Positions 1 through 13,123 of a stretch of DNA of 64,000 nt are shown here, piece by piece. The number at the start of each line of letters is the position of its first letter. The stretch's first letter is position 1. The DNA lies in the NCBI RefSeq assembly GCF_020745735.1, contig NC_083426.1:13020001-13084000 (forward strand). Direction: 5' to 3'. Both the position numbers and the translations under genes were made by a program. The stretch is from Hemiscyllium ocellatum. Lineage: Eukaryota. The notes under the pieces were generated by a model. That model did no database searches. It was not told the DNA's origin and was given only the letters and a program-made list of their open reading frames with translations.

Positions 1-222
1 TAACCATCTAAACATATTCCACTACCCTACTCTACATTTAACCCTGACTAATGAACCCAACTTTCCAATCCCTGGGCACAACATGGCCAATTCACCCAGC
101 CTGCATATGTTTGGACTGTGAGGGAAGCAGAGCATGAAGAAACAGACATGGGGAGAACATGCAGACTCCACAGATGGTTACCTGAGGCTGGAAATGAACC
201 CAAGTCCCCAGTACTAACCACT
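1..222 (-). mobile_element. HE1-type V-SINE (tRNA-derived), cut by window edge
   Basis: Reverse complement of the V-SINE core also seen on + at 20323, 29228, 31755, 49700 and 57765 (ggccaattcacc...ggactgtg...ggagaacatgcagactccac...ctaaccactg). Confidence 0.8.
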
Positions 223-274
223 GAACCATCATGCTGTCCCATTAAGCTGTTTATTTTTTCAAATTACCCCACAC

Positions 275-3200
275 TACTGCCTAACTGCAGTAGACTTAGT
301 TTTAGTAAAGTTTGCCAACTGTTTGTATGCAAGAGACAAACATTTTTACAAGGGAGAGCAGCAAAACCAGGCCCCAAATCTTACCGGCCAGTTTACAGGA
401 AAATGACAACAAACCCCCAATTTAAAGCATGAAAAGACAGCAATGACATATGTACATAAGACAATTCAGTTACATAGAAACCATGCATGCAATACAGACC
501 CAGCAAGCCCCCATCCCTCCCACCTTCTGACCACTAAGGCAGCCCACCCCTACACCTTCCACATCTGTCCACCCCATGCCCCTTCCAGTTCTGTCTGCCC
601 TGACCCTTTGGCCACCTCTGGGGGAGCCCACCCTAGTACCTGCCCAGGGCGACAGTGCTGAGGACAGCTACCTGCCTTCTGGCTCTATCTGCCCCTATAT
701 ACCATTGGGTACTCACCCACCCCAATACACCATCTGGCCAGTGGGCTACCCTGACACCTTCCAGCCACCTCTAGGCTAGCCCATCCCCTTCCCCAGGGGG
801 AAAACAGTGCAGGGTAGCCCACAAGCCTCCTGGCGCTCTGCTGTTGAGACCTTGCAACCACCTCTAGGACAGCCTGTCCCCATCACCCCTTCTCAGGAGG
901 ACAGCACTCAGAATGGCTGACCCACCACCTGGCTCTTGGGGTGACTGGCATCAGGGTGACCTACCCACCATCTGGCTTTCAGGATGAGGGTGGAGCCTCC
1001 CAGCAGACCTGCCAGACCCAGGGACAGTGCAGGTGGTAGACCCAACAATATACAGTTAATTACCAAAAAATCCTTTGGCACTGTCCAAATGGAGTCTTCA
1101 AAATAGAGTTCATTCCCAGGAATGGAGTCCACTATTTTGGACAATGTGCCTCAAACTGGAGTCCACTCCTGAAGGCAGCAAATGCACACCCCACAGGTGC
1201 TCAGTCTCCATGGAGTCCTAACCCAGCCTTGGAAAACCAGGCCCACTCACAGGAACATAGCACATGTGCAGTTAACTCAGGGGTTTGGTCCACTCCTGAA
1301 GCAAAAGTCTTCTCCCAAACTCCAGGATGCAGCAAGTGCTCACCTCCCAGTGCACACAGGTGTTCAATCTTCAGAGGCCCAGTCCTAGGCCTCCCCACAG
1401 GAACAGCTCCTCTAGTAAAAAAATGTCTTCCACAAGGGCTCAGTCCAAACACCAAAAGCAGTGAGGATACATACAAACCAGAAAAGAGTCCAAGGGCTAA
1501 GCCCTACCACAAAATTAACATTCTCCTTTTTTGGGAAAAAAGAAGAGTAACAGGCTGTAACCAGCCAGTGAAACAACAATCCCCTAATAAGAACTGAGTT
1601 ACACCCGAAACTGTCACCTCACTAAAAAGGAATGCCAGTTAACAAACTGGCTAAATAATTCAGCCAGTTCAGGAATCAGGTTTCTCCCCTCCAAAGAAAA
1701 AAAGCTAACATACTGACTGTGGCACCAACCAGCACACAGTCTCTGAAACTGAGGGGTCTCCGAATCTCCTGTTTATAATATTTTAAAACAAGTTAAAAAC
1801 AGTTAACATCTACAGCTGTATACAACAGCAATTTTACAAGGGAGAGCAGCAAAGCCAGGCCCCAAACCCTACCGTTCAACCAGCTTACAGGGAGATGACA
1901 ACCTCAAATCCAAGTTGCACGTAAAAGACAGCAATGACATTTGTGCATGAGAATACTGTTACAGAAGTGCTGACAATACAGCAGCAGCAAGCCCCCATCC
2001 CTCCCACCTTCTGACCACTCAGGCAGCCCACCCCTACACCTTCTGGCTCAGTCCACCCCATGTCCCTTCCAGTTCAATCCACCCTGACACCTTTTGACCA
2101 CTAGGACAGCCTGCCCTGGTACCACCTAGGGCAACTGCAGTCAGGACAGGCTACCCAACTTCTGGCTTCACTAACCACCCTCAGCACCTTTTGACCACCT
2201 CTGGGGCAACCCTCCCCAGTACCTGCCTGGGGTGACAGTGCTGAGGACAGCTACCCATCTTCTGGCTGTCTGCCCCTATGTACCATTGGGCTCTCACTCA
2301 CCCACAATGCACCTCCAGCCAATAGGCTATCCTGGCACACCTTCCGGCCACCTCTAGGCCAGCCTGTCCCCTTCCCTGGGACGACAGCATGCAGGGTAGC
2401 CCACAAGCCTTCTGGATCTCAGCCTGTCCCCATGTACCTTCGATGCTCAGCTGCTCCAACACCTTTCAACCACCTCCAGGACAGCCTGTCCTGATTACCG
2501 CTTTGTGGTAAATGCACCTAGAATGGCCTACCCACCATCTGGCTCTCAGAGACTGGCATCAGGGTGGCCTACCCACTTGCGTTCAGGACAGCCTGCAGGT
2601 TCACAGGATGGCCTACCCACCCTCCAGCTTTCTGGGTGACAGCTTTCAGGATGACCCATGAGCCTCCCAGACCCAGGGATACAAGACCGTGCAGGTGATA
2701 GACCCAGGAAACACCACAATACAGTTAATTCAAAGGCAAACCAGAGTCCTTTCTGGTACACTGTCCAAATTCTTCAAAGTATATAGACTCCATTCCCAGA
2801 AAGGGAGTCCACTCCAGTTTTGAGGTGCATTGCAGTTGGGAGTGGACTCCATTTTGGAAAGAGTCCACTTCTGAAGGAAGCAAATGCATACCCCACAGGT
2901 GTTCAGTCTCCATAGAGTCCTGGCCTAGCCTTGGAAAACCAAGCCCACTCCCAGGAACAGTACATTGTACAGGTGCAGTTAACTCACAGGGGCTTGGTCC
3001 AATCCCAAAGGAAAGGTGCTCTCCCAAACTCCAGGATGCAGCAACTGCTCACCTCCCAGCACACACACAGGTGTTCAATCTTCAGAGGCCCAGTGCCAGG
3101 GCTAGGCCACCCCACAGGAACAGCTCCTCTGGGGAAGTGTATGTCTTCCACAAAGGCTCAGTCCAAACACCAAAGAAGGAGGAGAGACAAAAAAAAGAAA

Positions 3201-6200
3201 ACTAGAGGCCAAGGGCTAGGCCTGACCACAAAATTAACACCTCTCCTTTTGAGCAAAGGACAATAACACAGGCTGTAACCAGCCAGTGAAACAGCCCCCT
3301 AATGAGAATGATTCAGGTGTAATTCAGTTATGTGCATCAGGAGTTTAACAATCAGTCCTCATTAAAAAGGAATGCCAGTTAACAAACTGGCTAAATAATT
3401 CAGCCAGTTCAGGAATCCAGTTTGCCCCCTCCCTAAAAAAAAGGAAGCAGAAACTAACAGTAACATACTGGCTGGGCTACAGACAGCATAGTCAGTCCCC
3501 TAAACTGTGGGGACTCAATCTCCTGTTTATAATATTTTATTAAACAAACTACAAAACAATTTACAAAAAAAAACAGAACATTTACAGCTGTTTACCACAG
3601 CAATTTTACAAGGGAGAGGAGCAACAAAGCCAGGCCCCAAAACTCTACCATTCAACCAGTTTACAGGGAATGGAGGACAAATCACAAATCCCAGTTTCAA
3701 ATATTAAAAAAAGGACATCAACAATGACCTTTATACACAAGACAATCCAGTTACATAAATACAGACCCAGCAAGCCCACCCCTACATGTCTTCTGGCTCT
3801 TGATCCACCCTATGCCCCTTCCAGTTTTTGGTCTGCACTGACATGCATTTTGACCACCTCTAGTTCAGCTTGCCCTAGTAGCTGCCCAGGGAGACAACAG
3901 TCAGGATGGACTACCCGCCTTCTGGCTGCACTAAACACTCTCCGCACCTTTCACCACCTCTGGGGCAGCCTGCCCAGGTGACAGCACTGAGGGCAGCTAC
4001 TTGCCTTCTGGCTCTCGGTCTGCCCCTACATACCATTGGGCTCTCACCCACCCTGTTGCACCCCCGGCCAGTGGGCTATCCTGGCACACCTTCCAGCAAC
4101 TCTAGGACAGCCCATCCCCTTTCCTGGGAGGATGGTGTGCAGAGTATCTGACACCTTTCGACCACCTCTAGGACAGCCTGTCCCATTACCCCTTCTCGGG
4201 GTGAGAGAGTGCTCAAAACAGCCTACCTACCATCTGGCTCTTGGGATGACTGGCATCAGGGTGGCCTACCCACCCTCTGGCTCAGGACAGCCTACCGACC
4301 TTCAGCTTCACAGGATGGCCTACCCACCTCCAACTCTCAGAATGACCCATGAGCCTCCCAGCTCACAGTAAGGCCTGCCAGACCCAGGGACACAAGACAG
4401 TGCAGGTGATAGACCCAGGAAACACCACAATACTGTTTTTTTTGGTAATTAACTGTCCTTTCTGGTACACAGTCCAAATCTAAACAAACAAACTTCAAAA
4501 TATCAAATCCATTTCCAGGAAGAATCCACTCCAGTATACAATGTGCATTGTCAGAATGAGAGTCCACTTCAAACTGCAGAGTCCATTGATAAAAACAGTC
4601 CACAACTGAGGGCAGAGTCCACTCCTGAAGGCAGAAAATGCACACCCATAGGTGTGCGGCCTTCATGGAGTCCTGGCCCAACCTTGGAAAGCCAGGCCCA
4701 CTCCCAGGAACAGTACATTGTACAGGTGCTGTTCACTCACAGGGTCTTGGTCCATTCCCAAAGGAAAGGTTTCCTCCCAAACTCCAGGATACAATAAGCG
4801 CTCTCTTCCCAGCGCACACACAGGTGTTCAATCTTCAGAGGCTCAGTCCCAGGGCTAGACCTCCCCATAGGAACAGCTCCTCTGGTAAAGTATGTCTTCC
4901 AGAAGGGCTCAGTCCAAACACCAATAAAAAGTGAAGACATTAAAAAAAAAACAAAGCAAGCTAGTGTCCAAGGGCTAAGCCCTACCACAAAATTATCATC
5001 CTTTTTTCAAAAAAGATTAACATTAAGGCTGTAACCAGCCAGTGAAACAATCCCCTAATGAGAACTGAGCTACACCTGAAACATGTGCATCAGGAGTTTA
5101 ACAATCACTCCTCCCAAAAAAAATGCCAGTTAACAAACTGGCTAAATAATTCAGGAACCAGATTTCCACCCTAGAAAATAAAAGGAGCAGAAACCAACTA
5201 CAACAGTAACATACTGACTGTAGCCCAGCCAGCAGTCAATCCCCTGAACCTCCTGTTTATTTTTATTTTATTAAACAAGTTACAAAAACAGTTTACAACA
5301 GTTATATTTACAGCTGCATACGAGAGACAGCAATTTTACAAGGGAGAGGAGCAGCAAAGCCAGGCCCTAAACCCTACCATTCAAACAGTTTACAGGGACT
5401 TGAGGATAAACCTCAAATCCCAGTTTCACAAAAATATAGAGAGACATCAACAATGACATTTGTACACTAGACAATACTGTTACATACAAAAATGCAGACA
5501 ATACAGACCCAGCAAGCCCCCACCCCTCCCACCTTCCAGCCACTAAAGCAGCCCACCCCTACCCACCTTCTGGTTCTTGGTCCACCCCATGCCCCTTCCA
5601 GTTCTCAGTCCGCCGTGACACCTTTCAACCGCCTCTGGGACAGCCCACCCCAGTACCCGCCCGGGGTGACAGCGGTCAGGATGGCTACCCACCTTCCGGC
5701 TTCACTAACCACCCTCAGCACCTTTTGACCGCCTCTGGGGCGGCCCACCCTGGTACCTGTCCGGGGTGACAGCACTAAGGAAGACTACCCACCTTCTGGC
5801 TCTCTGTCTGCCCCTACATACCATTGGGCTCTCACCCACCCCATTGCACCTCTGACCAGTGGGCTATCCTGGCACACCTTTCAGCTACCTCTAGGACAGC
5901 CCATCCCCTTCCCTGGGACGACAGCATGTCAGATAGCCCACAAGCCTTCTGAATCTCAGCCGGCCCCTACGCGCCTTCTGCTCTGACACCTTTTGACCAC
6001 CTCTAAGACAGCCCGCCCCGATTACCCCTCATCAGGAAGGCAGCGCTCAGAACAGCCTACCCACCAGCTGGCTCTCAGGGGAAAAGGCATCAGGGTAGCC
6101 TACCCACCCTCCAGCTCTCAGGGTGACAGCTTTCAGGACAACACATGAGCCTCCCAGCTCACAGCAAGGCCTGCCAGACCCAGGGACACAAGACAGTGTG

Positions 6201-7090
6201 GGTGATAGACCCAGGAAACACCACAATACAGTTAGTTACCCAAAAGAAAAGAAAGTCCTTCTGGTACTCAGTCCAAATCTATACAGTCTTCAAGATATGG
6301 AAGACATTTCCACAAGGAGTCCACTCCAGTATACGATATATGTTGTCAGAGATAGAGTCCACTCCAAACTACAGAGTCCACAACCAAGAGCAGAGTCCAC
6401 TCCTGAAGGCAGCAAATGCACACCCCACTGGTGTTCAGTCTCCATAGAGTCCTAGTCCAGCCTTGGAAAACTAGGCCCACTCACAGGAACATAATACAGG
6501 TGCAGTTAACTCACAGGAGTTTGGTCCACTCCTGAGGGAAAGTCTTCTCCCAAACTCTAGGATTCAGCAACTGCTCACCTCCCAGCACACACACACACAG
6601 GTGTTCAATCTTCAGAGACCCAGTGCCAGGGATAGGCCTCCCCAAAGGAACAGCTCCTCTGGGGAAATGTATGTCTTCCACAAGGGCTCAGTCTAAACAC
6701 TAATGAAAAGTGAAGACATACAAAAAAAAACAAAGAAAGAAAGCTAGCATCCAAGGGCTAAGCCCTACCACAAAATTATCATCCTTTTTCAAAAAAAAGT
6801 AACATTAAGGCTATAACCAGCCAGTGAAAAAAATCCCCTAATGAGAACTGAGCTACACCTGAAACACATGTGCATCAGGAGTTTAAACAATCAGTCCTCA
6901 CTAAAAGGAATGCCAGTTAACAAACTGGCTAAATAATTCAGCCAGTTCAGGAACCAGATTTCCACCCCAGAAAAAAGGAGCAGTAACCTACTGACTGTAG
7001 CCCAGCTAACAGAATCAGTCCCCTAAACTCTGAATCTCCTGTTTATTTTTTTAAAATAAATTACAAAACAGTTTACAATAAATATTTACC
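275..7090. repeat. Tandem array of ~4 diverged 1.5-1.8 kb units
   Basis: Anchor ttttacaagggagag(gag)cagcaaa(a/g)ccaggccc recurs at ~345, ~1832, ~3604 and ~5334. Block gccagttaacaaactggctaaataattcag recurs at ~1635, ~3374, ~5124 and ~6912. Internal subrepeats include ctacccaccttctggct and gagtccactcc. Confidence 0.95.
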
Positions 7091-7272
7091 AGTCCTCAGT
7101 CCACCCCATGCCCCTTCCACTTAATCTCCTGTTTATAATTGTCACTCAGGGCTCCCTGACTGGCCCAGGTTAACAACCCCAATGAGATCCACCTGGTTCC
7201 AATCGCCATAATAACTAACTTGATATTTGCATATACTGTCATCTGCTGAGCATTTCCAGGATTTTCTATTTT

Positions 7273-7288
7273 AGGAAAGAAGTGAACT
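7273..7288 (+). promoter_or_regulatory. Possible Ets(PU.1)/IRF-like motif upstream of receptor gene
   Basis: aggaaagaagtgaact ~150 bp before the candidate ATG; resembles PU.1/IRF composite sites; motif similarity only. Confidence 0.25.
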
Positions 7289-7426
7289 GTTTTGACCAGA
7301 AGCAAAATAAATTATTTAATACCGTGCATAAGATTTTTGTTTAACTGGTAGAGTCAATAAGAACTTGAACAATCTTGGAAAAAATAATTTTAATCATTGG
7401 TGGAACAAAAGGAATGAATGAAAGGA

Positions 7427-7475
7427 ATGATTGGCTATATTACTCACCTTCTGTGCTATAAAATACCTAGATTCT
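7427..7475 (+). CDS. Candidate leader exon of CD300/pIgR-like gene (uncertain)
   Basis: ATG at 7427 gives MIGYITHLLCYKIPRF+T ending phase 1 at a weak donor ct|gtaata, compatible with the phase-1 V exon; poor signal peptide. Confidence 0.3.
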
Positions 7476-7552
7476 GTAATACTTGTCACTGTTTTACTAG
7501 CATGTATTCTGCTTGATGTTAAGTGGTAATCTATTGTTCTTTATTCTTGCAG

Positions 7553-7876
7553 CTGGATTGACTGGGCTAAGACAAGTGTCCGGGACTTTAGGAGATGGTG
7601 TCATTGTTGAATGCCAGTATCAAGTGTCATATTACAAGAGCTATGAAAAATACCTGTGTAAGGGGTCAGAGAGGAAATCGTGCATTGTGATAGCTAGAAC
7701 TCAAAAACAGAATGCAACCAGCAGTGGAAGGATATCAGCTGTGGATGACCAGAACAGTGGAGTGTTTGCAGTGACCATTACCCAATTAACCATGGAGGAT
7801 GAGGGACTTTACTGGTGTGGAATCACAATGTTTGGATATGACAGAATGGATCCTTTACAACTGAACATTGTTGAAC
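7553..7876 (+). CDS. Ig V-set domain exon of CD300/pIgR/MDIR-like receptor
   Basis: Acceptor ttctttattcttgcag, donor GAAC|gtaaga, 324 bp phase 1-1. Translation has CQY, KYLC-x7-C (second disulfide typical of CD300/pIgR/TREM), FAVTITQL and EDEGLYWCG. Confidence 0.93.
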
Positions 7877-7903
7877 GTAAGATACATGTTGAATTCTTCT
7901 TAT

Positions 7904-8298
7904 AGAGTCAAAGAGATGTACAGCACGGAAACAGACCCTTCGGTCCAACTCATCCATGCCGATCATATATCCTAAACTGATCTAGTCCCATTTGCCAGTA
8001 TTTGGCCCATATCCCTCCAAACCCTTCCTATTCATATCCATCCAGATGCCTATTAAATGTTGGAATTGTCCCAGCCTCCACCACTTCCTCTGGCAGCTCA
8101 TTCCATACACGTACCACCCTCTGCTTGAAACGGGTGCCGCTGAGGTCCCTTTTGTATCTTTCTCCTCTCACCCCGAAGCTATGCGCTCTAGTTCTGGACT
8201 CCCACCCCAGAGAAAAGACCTTGTCTGTTTACCCTATCTGTACCCCTCATGATTTTATAAACCTCTATAAGGTCACCGCTCAGCCTCCAACACTCCAG
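7904..8298 (-). mobile_element. CR1 LINE 3' fragment
   Basis: Antisense RT C-terminus/3'UTR (cacggaaacagacccttcggtcc...cctcatgattttataaacctctataaggtcacc) shared with many copies in the window. Confidence 0.85.
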
Positions 8299-8749
8299 GA
8301 AAGCAGTTTCTACAAATGTAAAGTACTAGATATTCTGCTGAGAATAACGGTTGGAACAGATATTATTTGTTTGTAATTAATGTGATCTGTTGGGATTTTG
8401 TGCCAGAAAATGGATCTACTGGGCTCATTCTCAGTCACTAGCAAACACCATGTTCTATCTAGTGAGTCAGGCATGACGTAGAAGCAGAGAAAGGGGCCAA
8501 TGTTCTTCTCCCTACCCCAAGCCTTGGACCTGCTAATGCTTTTCTTAACAGCAAAATCTAGGCAGGGTGTGTCCGGAATGTGTAAAATAGCTTCCCAAAA
8601 ATTACATGAACTATATCTCCCCAGAGACCAGCTGTTGGTGCAATTTGAGTCTTATAATGCAATGACCGATGAGGAAATGCCCCAGTGGCACCAAAGTTCA
8701 AAAGGAGAACAAAATGCCAAACTCATTTATTTCTTTATTAATAGTTGAT

Positions 8750-9270
8750 AAGCATTGACAGCAAGGTGAGTCTTTATTACCCATCTCACATTGCCCTTGT
8801 GAAGCTGGTAGTGAGACACTTCCCTGCAACGTGACAATCCGAATGGTATAGGTACACACACAGTGCCACTGGAGAAGGAATTCCAAAGGTTTGATCCAAT
8901 GACAGTAAAGGAATTGTGATATAGTTTAAAGTCAGGATGGTGTGTGTTTTCAGTTAAGAGTCAATCACTTTGTTGTAGGTCTGGACTCATAGGTAGACCA
9001 GATCAAGTAAGGAGAGCAGATTTCCTGCCTAAAGGGATATTAGTGATGGGTTTTTACAACAAGGCTACCATTATGCTATCATCCTGACTTGGAAGTACAT
9101 CCTCATTCCTTCGGTGTCACTGGGTCAAATCCTGGAGTTCCATTCCTCCTGACATTGTGGGTCAATTTACAGCACATGGATTGTCACGGTTAAAAGTAGC
9201 AGCTCACATTACCTTCTCAAGAGGCTTAGGGCAATAAATACTGGCCATCCAGCAACCTCCACATCACACG
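8750..9270 (-). mobile_element. Degenerate shark SINE/LINE-tail repeat
   Basis: cagttaagagtcaatcac...ggtctggactc...gcagatttcctgcctaaagg is the reverse complement of the repeat at ~39335-39560. Confidence 0.55.
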
Positions 9271-11173
9271 AGTGAAAATGAAGACTGTAAAGATTTCAGA
9301 TTTCAATACTTGCCATTATGGGATTGTGAATCTATGTCTCCGGAACATCAGGCTTGGTGTCTGGATTGTTAACCCAGCAACATTGGCACTACATGAGCAC
9401 CTCTCCAGTACCACAAAAATTGATTATCTTAAAGATAGAAAAAAATGTCCCAAGGTTGTACAGAAGAGTGTAACCATGTAAATGTTGGCAGCATACAGAT
9501 GCTGGTCTGTAATGTCGACACAACTAAAGTAGAAGCAGACTTTGTCACCATGACATATTACAACAAGTGGCTATAGGTTTGGTCAGAGACAGATTTGAAG
9601 GAGCATCTTAAAGGGAGAGAGAAAAGTGGAAGGGTTTAAGGGTAGGATTGTAGAGTGTAAGCACTTGGCAGTTGAGGACACCATTGCCAAAGATGGCATG
9701 GGTATAGTTCTCAGATTTTAGGAAGGATTGAAGCACAATTGCCTGAGAGATGTTCTTTTAAGGCCACTGTTCAGATAACCTGTTAGGACAAATGGGAACA
9801 TTGCTCACCCTGTTTCATGTGGTGGATATTTGACACAAAGATACTTGACAAGAGGAGAAGTATTCATTTCTACAATACCTCGCTGTCGTTAGAAGTGTCT
9901 CTGCTGATGTAAACAATCTGGCAGATGACTTTACTTCGCAGATTGGCTTAATTGCAATTTTGGACAATCTCATTTCCTTAACTTATCCTCTCAAAATTAC
10001 TTTAAAATGGCAAAGTGATCAGTACTCTAGTTAGTTTGTAATCAATGTCATTTGGTGTGAATTTTACTAATATACTTGTCTCATATTCAGTATCTAATAT
10101 CACTAGGTTCTTCACCCATGCCAGAAGTGTAGCAGAGTGGGATGCAGGGTGACAATGTCTGACTAATGATGTTTCTCCTAAATACTTTATTGCATTTTTT
10201 TCTGACGACCTTAGATTAATGGCCCTTATTTGTGGACTTATTCACAAATGGAAATATTTTCTCCACTTTTATTTGATAAAACACCTCTGTAGTTTGAAAG
10301 AAAAGTTTGAATTCAGTGAATATTTAATGTTAAGTATAGAACAGACTGGGGATTTTTTTAGCTGAAGGTTTAATACTTAAATTGAATTAATTTCCTTTAA
10401 AGTTCAAGCTAACAATCTTATCTATTTTGTCATTACGATCAGGTGTATGATAATGTATAACTGACATGAGGATGTAGGCATTGTAAGATCCTTATGTCTT
10501 TAATGTAATTTAGCATGAATTCTGCACAGGGAGTCATCACAATCAAATCTGCAATGATTTACAGCTAAACTGTTAATTAATTTGGCACCATTCACATTTG
10601 TCGCTGACACTCTTCAACTGTTTGTTATTTGAAGGATCCACTGAAGTGTGCATCATACATGGTTTTTTCAGTTATCCTGAAGACTATAGAATAAAAGTAA
10701 AATTCAATCTAAAACAAACGCAGGCACAACATTGCTGCAAACCAAATCATGTATGAACAACATTATTTTTTTCAAACTTATTGCTGGTGATCCTACCATC
10801 ACAACAAAAATGATTTTGAAAAGCCGTATTGTCCTTTTTGAGAAATATGGGCTTAACCACCACCTTCTCAAGAGTAATTAAGGATGGACAACCATAACAC
10901 CCATATCCTGAGAAAGAATGAATAAAAATGAATATTTGCTCCACCCAATTTTATTTTTTGCTTTTAGTTAATAAATAAAACATGTACAAACACAGGGAGA
11001 AATCATCCACTAGAGAAGACAAACTTGGAATGTCTCATAATCTGAGGAGCATCACTGTGAATCACTATGCGAGCAGGCTGTCAATAAAATTCCAGCTGGG
11101 TTATAATTGACATACCAAAGAGGACAAAGCACTGGTTTTAGCGATTTTGCAATGTGACAGGAAATAGAAATAG

Positions 11174-11398
11174 GAGAAAGTGAGGACTGCAGATGCTGGT
11201 GATCAGAGTCAAAAAGTGTGGCACTGGAAAAGCACCGTAAGTCAGGCAACATCCGAGGTTCAGGAAAGTCAACACTTCAGACATAAGTCCTTCGTCAGGC
11301 ACATTCCTGACGAAGGGCTTATCCTTGAAACATCAACTCTCTTGCTCCTTGGATGCTGCCTGACCTGCTGTGATTTTCCAGTGCCACACTTTTTGACT
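11174..11398. mobile_element. Penelope-like fold-back element, family 1 (hammerhead-type core)
   Basis: Inverted arms around ...ccttcgtcagg/cctgacgaaggg...gaaacatc; imperfect TSD caggaaatagaaatag (11158-11173) / caggaatagaaacag (11399-11413). Confidence 0.85.
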
Positions 11399-11609
11399 CA
11401 GGAATAGAAACAGACATATAACGAGTAATAATTAAAAAGGAGGCAATCTAATTTGATCTTATCAAAGTATAAAAGCAATGAAATACAATAAGAACTCAGA
11501 ATGATCATCGACCTAATTTCAGTCCATCCATGCAGTTCACAAAAATGGTTCAGATGGTAGTCTCACTTGGATAAGAAAATGAATGAAAAAACCACAGACA
11601 CCATATACC

Positions 11610-11830
11610 CCTTGGTTTAACTCAGCTGGCTGCACAGTTGGTTGGAAAAGCACTGTAATGCCAACTGTTTGGGTTCAATCCAAACACCAGTTGAGATGAT
11701 TGCCATGACGGTCTCTCCTTTTGAACCTCTCCCCTCTCCTGAGGCCTCAGTTTAAATCACCATCAGTTGTCTCTGTCTCTCTCTGGAGTGAAAGAGCATC
11801 ACTCCAGTCAGGCAGGACTACGGCAACTTG
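11610..11830 (+). mobile_element. tRNA-derived SINE (degenerate)
   Basis: ctcagctggctg...gggttcaatcc B-box-like head, cctctcccctctcctgagg body; similar to copy at 22860-23075. Confidence 0.55.
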
Positions 11831-12231
11831 ACTTGATACCAAACAGGAAGTCAACTAACAGGGCACTGATACCTCAGTTTGGAGAGAGGACACTACTGGG
11901 GAGACCAAGTGCAGTTGCTAGAATAGTCAGAATTCACAAAAACTAAACAACAGGCTCTGAAAAACAATAGAGACAAAAATCTGCAGATGCTGGAATCGAA
12001 GGTAGACAAGCAGGAGAGTGGAAGAACACAACAATCCAGGCAGCATCAGGAAGTGGAGAAGTCGATGTTTCAGGTCTAATCCTTCTTCCAGACTTCAAAG
12101 AACAATAGGCATCCAACAAGTTAATTCCCTTCTGCCTGCTACTTGTTAGATTAAACAACCTGCAGTGGGTAATGGGGGATCACGGTTCTTTCAAATACAA
12201 AGCTCAGGTACCCACTGGATTGAAACAAAGA

Positions 12232-12970
12232 ACAAAGAAAATTTACAGCCCACGAACAGGCCCTTCATCCCTCCAAACCTGAGCCGATCAAATGTTACAG
12301 TCTAAATCTGTTGGTCAATTCCTAAGCATCTGTATCCCTCTGCTCCCCACCTACTCATGCATCTGTCCAGACGCATCTTAAATGAATCTACCGTGCCTGC
12401 CTCTACCACCTCTGCTGGCAATGTGTTCCAAATGCCCACCACCCTCTGTGTGAAGTTCTTGCCACATGTATCCCCCTTAAACTTTCCACCTATCACCATG
12501 AAAGCATGACCTCTCGTTATTGAATCCTTCACCTGGGCAAAGCTTATCTCCATCCACCCTGTCTATACCCTTCATGACTTTGTAAACCTCAATCAGGTCT
12601 GCCCTCAATCTCCTTTTTTCCACTGAAAATAAACCTAACCTACTCAACCTCTCTTCATAGCTAGCATCTTCCATACCAAGCAACGTCCTCGTAAACCTTC
12701 TCTGCACCGTCTCCAAAGCATCCACATCCTTTTGGTAATGTGGCAACCAGAACTGTACACAGTATTCTAAATGCGGCCGAACCAATGTCTTGTACAATTT
12801 TAACATGACCTGCCAGCTCTTATACTCAATACCCCGTCCGATGACCACTCTATCCACCTGTGCAGCAACCTTCAGGGTACAATGGACCTGCACTCCCAGA
12901 TCTCTCTGCTCCCAAGGCTCTTCCATTCATTGTATAATTCACTCTATAATTAGACTTGCCTAAGTGCATC
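12232..12970 (-). mobile_element. CR1 LINE 3' fragment
   Basis: ORFs 12302-12553 and 12477-12926 give CR1 RT C-terminus ([29 protein letters not shown]); acaaaga tail. Confidence 0.9.
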
Positions 12971-13062
12971 ACCTCACATTTGGACTAGATATTGTGCGTG
13001 GGAAATCTGTAGCTGAAGATCTGTTATTCCACTGTTAATATCTGTTGTTACTGTTTTTACAG

Positions 13063-13123
13063 CTCTTACAACAACAGCACAGCCTGATGAATCTCAGATA
13101 GGAATGAGCTTCAAAAATGAAAG
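13063..13123 (+). CDS. Stalk exon of CD300/pIgR-like receptor
   Basis: Acceptor ctgtttttacag, donor AAAG|gtatct, 61 bp phase 1-2; PLTTTAQPDESQIGMSFKNE joins V and TM exons in frame. Confidence 0.82.

Noticed and set aside
1365-1380. Antisense CTGAAGA in array units as a hammerhead (retrozyme-like array)
   Set aside because: No helix II or downstream GAAA, so there is no support for a retrozyme
443-6455. Many 60-125-aa ORFs in the tandem array as genes
   Set aside because: Frames are not maintained between units (indels, stops) and there are no recognisable domains
7513-7905. ORF-track 130-aa ORF as a complete single-exon protein
   Set aside because: Canonical splice sites bound the Ig domain at 7553 and 7876; the C-terminal RKIHVEFFL is intron read-through
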